The notes below the pieces were generated by a model. The model had not been told where the DNA came from. It ran no database searches and was given only the letters and a program-made list of their open reading frames with translations. Of a DNA stretch of 64,000 nucleotides, positions 60,353 through 64,000 are shown one piece after another; the stretch's first letter is position 1, and each line of letters opens with the position of its first letter. The position numbers and the translations under genes are program-made. The DNA comes from an uncultured delta proteobacterium (GTDB lineage: Bacteria; Desulfobacterota; Binatia; Binatales; Binataceae), in assembly GCA_963724765.1 (NCBI GenBank), contig CAVRVY010000004.1:1088001-1152000 (forward strand). Direction: 5' to 3'.

Positions 60353-60544
60353 CTCTGTTTCGATCCTCTTGGTTGTTGCTCATCTCTTCCCCGGCGTATG
60401 GCTTGGACGGGGGCTTCCGGCCTTCGCCTGATGGCTGCTTTTTTCGAATCGTCGGTGCCGACGTCGGCGGCGGCACATGGACCAGCGCCTTGTGAACTAT
60501 ATACTTGCCGCGCGCCGGGCAAGTCTCATCGCCAGCCGCAGTCT

Positions 60545-61252
60545 TCAGCTTATCCAGCCCCGGTCCTGAAATCTGATTCTGAGTTGCTCCGCAATTTCGT
60601 CGGCGGTCGCCTTGGCTCTGCCCTCGAGCGTGTTCCTGCCGCTCGTCTCACCATAGATTTTCATTCCGCCGACGACGATCAGGCCTACCGGATTGCCGGT
60701 GGCAATGGCGATAGCGGCCGGCGCGGCAATTCCCGGGGTCTTGTTTCCGGAGGAGCTGAGCGTCCCCGACCCCAGTTTGCGCAAGCCTTGCGAGGTCATC
60801 AAGTAGCCTTCCACCACGGTATCCATCTCGGAGGTCCCCGAACCGAATCCAATAGCGAAACGCTTGACGGCACTGCCACCTTCGGCGGAGACGAGATAAC
60901 CACGGATTACGCCGTCGCCGACTTGAGGCGACGAGCCAGGTCCGGCCTGCACAGCCGAAAGTCCCATGCCCTGGATATCCGCAACCAACTGCTTGGCGAT
61001 CAGAGCGCCGAACTGACGGCCGGTTTGGATCTGCTCGGCCGTTGGTGGCGTGCTGGGCGCACTAATCTCGCTGCCGATAGAGGAATCCGAGGGAACGTCG
61101 GAGGGCGCGGCGACGAAGTCGTATACCCAGATCTGATTGGGGCGGGCGATCGCCTCGTTGACCATCGGCGTCTGCTGGGTGACGTTCGTCGAGGCGCAGC
61201 CGGCAATCGCCAGGGCGAAAAGGTACGGAACTGTACGGCTACGAAGCCTCAT
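60545..61252 (-). CDS. DUF4410-like lipoprotein (paralog)
   Basis: Lipobox IAG|C, RPNQIWVYDF, RFAIGFGSG and GNKTPG. Confidence 0.8.
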   Translation of the reverse strand: MRLRSRTVPYLFALAIAGCASTNVTQQTPMVNEAIARPNQIWVYDFVAAPSDVPSDSSIGSEISAPSTPPTAEQIQTGRQFGALIAKQLVADIQGMGLSAVQAGPGSSPQVGDGVIRGYLVSAEGGSAVKRFAIGFGSGTSEMDTVVEGYLMTSQGLRKLGSGTLSSSGNKTPGIAAPAAIAIATGNPVGLIVVGGMKIYGETSGRNTLEGRAKATADEIAEQLRIRFQDRGWIS

Positions 61253-61337
61253 CGCAAATCTCCCGATATGGTTCGCCGAGGCGTTGGCTAAACGCTGCGG
61301 CGCGCCCGTCTACGCGCGTTTTGTCTCAAACGATGCC

Positions 61338-63784
61338 TCAGTCCTCTGCAGCCTTATCCAGTTCAAGAAGCTCCTGGTCCTTTTCCTCGACTGCTTTGTC
61401 GACCGGCTTCATATCCTGCACCGCGATGGTCACCTGGTGGATTTTGCCGGTGAATTTATTCTCGCCTTGCTTGTAGTCTTCGGTCACCGGGGTCTCCATA
61501 TCCTCGCCGACGTCGGCGCCCTCGTCGGCTGAAAAAACCATCGCGTTCGTGTGGTCGACGCGTCCCTCTGCGACCTTCTTGTCATTGACGAAAATCGTTC
61601 CGGTGCCGCCCGCTCCCATCCCGCCGTCGTATAGGCGAACTCGTAGCGGATAGTTGCGTTGCCAGGCGGAATTGGTTGCTTGGCCGCGACTGTGTACCGT
61701 TTCAGACCTACCCAGTTGTAGGTGTAAATTGGCCGGCCGTTCTTGAGATATAGCGTCCATCCGCCAAAGCGCCCGCCCTGGCATAAGATTACGCCGTTCG
61801 CGTTTTTATCCGGGACGTCGACCTCGGCTGTGATTGAGTGGGAGCGGTTCTTCACATTAATGAAGACGTTCTCCATCATTCCGGTCATACCCTCATAGAC
61901 CGTGAGCGATTTACGGCCCGCCATCAGGTCAGGCCGCCCTGCCAAGGCTGCGTTTGCGCGCTCGATTGTTCGATCGTCAATGGGCAGTACATGGTATTTG
62001 ACCGCTTCGATCATGAATGAGTTCTGCATCTGCTTGAGCTTGTCGCGGTTGCTCGCGGCGAGATCGTTGGCAAGGCTGAAATCATTTTCGGTGCTGTACA
62101 ATTCCCACTTGTCATCCGCGAGAGAGGCTCGTGGCTTCATCTCCCACGGCGCCTTGTGAACGGTGCCCGCCAGCCAACCGTCCTGGTAAAGGCCCCGGTT
62201 GCCAAATATCTCGAAGTACTGCACCGTATGGCGGCTCTTGGCGTTGGCTTGGTCGAATGTGTACATCATGCTCACGCCCTGGATTGGGATCTGCGCGGCG
62301 CCGTTTACCATTTTGGGCTCTGGCAATTCCGCGGCCTCCAAAATGGTGGGAGCCACGTCTATAACGTGATGGAATTGCGAACGGACTTCGTTCTTCGCCT
62401 TGATTCGCTTTGACCAATAGATGACCAGTGGATTGCGCGTGCCGCCGAAGCTCGAGGCGACCTGCTTGGTCCAGGTAAACGGCGTATCGCCGGCAACGGC
62501 CCATCCGGCGGCGTAGTGACTATAGGACAGCGGACCGCCCAGGTCGTTCATGCGGCTCAACTGTTCTTGAATGCTCTCCGGCACGCCGTTGAAGTAGGTC
62601 ATCTCGTTGAAGAGACCCTGCATGCCCCCTTCGGCGCTCGCTCCATTGTCGCCGACGATGTAGAACACGAGCGTGTTGTCCAACTGGCCCGTGTCCTGGA
62701 TGGCCTGAATCAGACGGCCAATCTCATGGTCGGTCATTTCTCCAAACCCCGCGAAAACCTCCATCTGATGCGCGAATAGCTTCTTCTCATCCGAGGTCAG
62801 CGCATCCCAGTCCTTGATGGCCTTCGGTTTCGGCGCGAGCTTCGTACCGGGCGGCACCACGCCCAGCTTTATCTGCCGCGCCAGCGTCTGCTCTCGCACT
62901 TTGTCCCAGCCCTGATCGAACTGGCCCTTATATTTCGCGATCCACTCCTTCGGCACCTGATGCGGCGCGTGAACAGCCCCCGGCGCATAGTAGATGAAAA
63001 ACGGCTTGTTTGGAGTCAGCGCCTTCTGCGTGCGCATCCAGTTGATCGCCTGATCGGTCATGTCGGTAGTGAAATGATAGTTGCGGTCGTGCGGAGGTTC
63101 GATCTTTACCATTCCGTCAAAGAGCATCGGCGACCATTGATTAGTCTCGCCGCCGATGAATCCATAGAACTTGTCGAAGCCTGAACGGATCGGCCACCGG
63201 TCGGTCGGGCCGGACACGCTGAGCTCCCAGGCTGCCGTCTCGTGCCACTTGCCGAACGCGGCGGTGCTGTAGCCATTGAGCCGGAGCGTCTCGGCGAGCG
63301 GTGCGACGCTGGCGGGGCGCACGCCGGTTTGTCCCGGAAAAGCGGTTGCCACTTCCATGATCGCGCCGGTGTTTACCACATGATGATTGCGGCCGGTCAG
63401 AAGCGCGGCACGCGTCGGCGAGCAGAGCGCCGTGGTATGGAACTCGTTGTAGCGAAGTCCGTCAGCAGCGAGCTTTTCGAGCGTCGGCATACGGACTGGC
63501 CCACCGAAGGCGCTGGCCTGGCCGAATCCCATGTCGTCGATCAGCACGATCAATACGTTGGGAGCGCCCGCCGGCGCCTTGACCTCGAATCGGGGTGGAG
63601 GCGTAGCCCTGCGTGCGTCAAGTTCCGTGATTGCCGGATACCTGGGCTCCGGGATCGGCAGCACGGTGCGATCCAGCGGAGCATCTTGAGCCGACGCTGC
63701 GCGCGCCACGCAGGCCGCCGCGGTCACGACAAGAACCACCATCCAGATTCTCGCTATCGATCTGTTCGCGACCTCAGGTTTCAT
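61338..63784 (-). pseudogene. Exported arylsulfatase (AtsA-like) with C-terminal frameshift
   Basis: PNVLIVLIDD, CSPTRAALLTG, GKWH and WELY motifs. A +2 slip near 61630 (TAT AC GAC) shifts the frame, and the C-terminus YDGGMGAGG...FTGKI continues in another frame to 61338. Confidence 0.85.
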
Positions 63785-63877
63785 GGCGTACTCCGCCGGC
63801 GATGCTCGGACCTTAATTGGTCGCGTTACGAAATCGCGCTCGGTGACTTGCATACTCATCGCGGCACACCGGCTGGT

Positions 63878-63957
63878 AAATCAGACCTTGGTCCGATGCG
63901 TCCCGAGCATCCGAACCGAACCTTGACGCCAAAGCGAATCCGACCAAGGTCTGATTT
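63878..63957. repeat. 20-bp inverted repeat (19/20) with 40-bp spacer
   Basis: AAATCAGACCTTGGTCCGAT ... ATCCGACCAAGGTCTGATTT. Confidence 0.85.
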
Positions 63958-64000
63958 CGTAGTTGTGCATAATCTGAGCATGCTGGACGTGAGCATCGGT

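Overview
GC-rich chromosomal window from a diderm (Gram-negative) bacterium. The gene style suggests a soil lineage such as Candidatus Binatota, but that is an impression and not demonstrated. No rRNA, tRNA or CRISPR array was found. In order, the window holds: (1) a decayed multi-TM glycosyltransferase-like gene interrupted by an intact 1259-bp IS3 element with a GGT target duplication; (2) an FAD oxidoreductase, amidohydrolase, CE4 deacetylase, GAF/sigma54 activator and a lone receiver protein; (3) a compact Cys-rich envelope operon at 10.5-15.3 kb: Pro-tailed leader-like ORF, outer-membrane barrel starting CACGC, TlpA, lipoprotein, SCO, an orphan COX2-like cupredoxin with a rewired CuA loop, rhodanese and MauE. 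This operon converges on a TonB receptor carrying a Fur-type box and is the best candidate for an undescribed metal/thiol system; (4) xfp (disrupted) and ackA; (5) a DUF748 protein and a small-protein stress cluster (YqjE/DUF3618/ElaB/DUF1328/BON); (6) a ~14-kb Wza/Wzc/Wzx exopolysaccharide operon with an ExeA-like ATPase and a degenerate kinase; (7) a secreted DMFase-beta-like/Ig-repeat protein followed by a 10-Cys CX3C secreted mini-protein; (8) AhpD-like, GFA, pqiAABC, MetX-like hydrolase, DUF4239-like and AI-2E genes; (9) an arylsulfatase, two DUF4410-like lipoproteins and an octaheme/TPR protein. Five sigma54 -24/-12 candidates suggest a local envelope/stress regulon. Several genes carry frameshifts or in-frame stops, which could be real decay or assembly error. 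Family assignments come from motif recognition by eye, not database searches.
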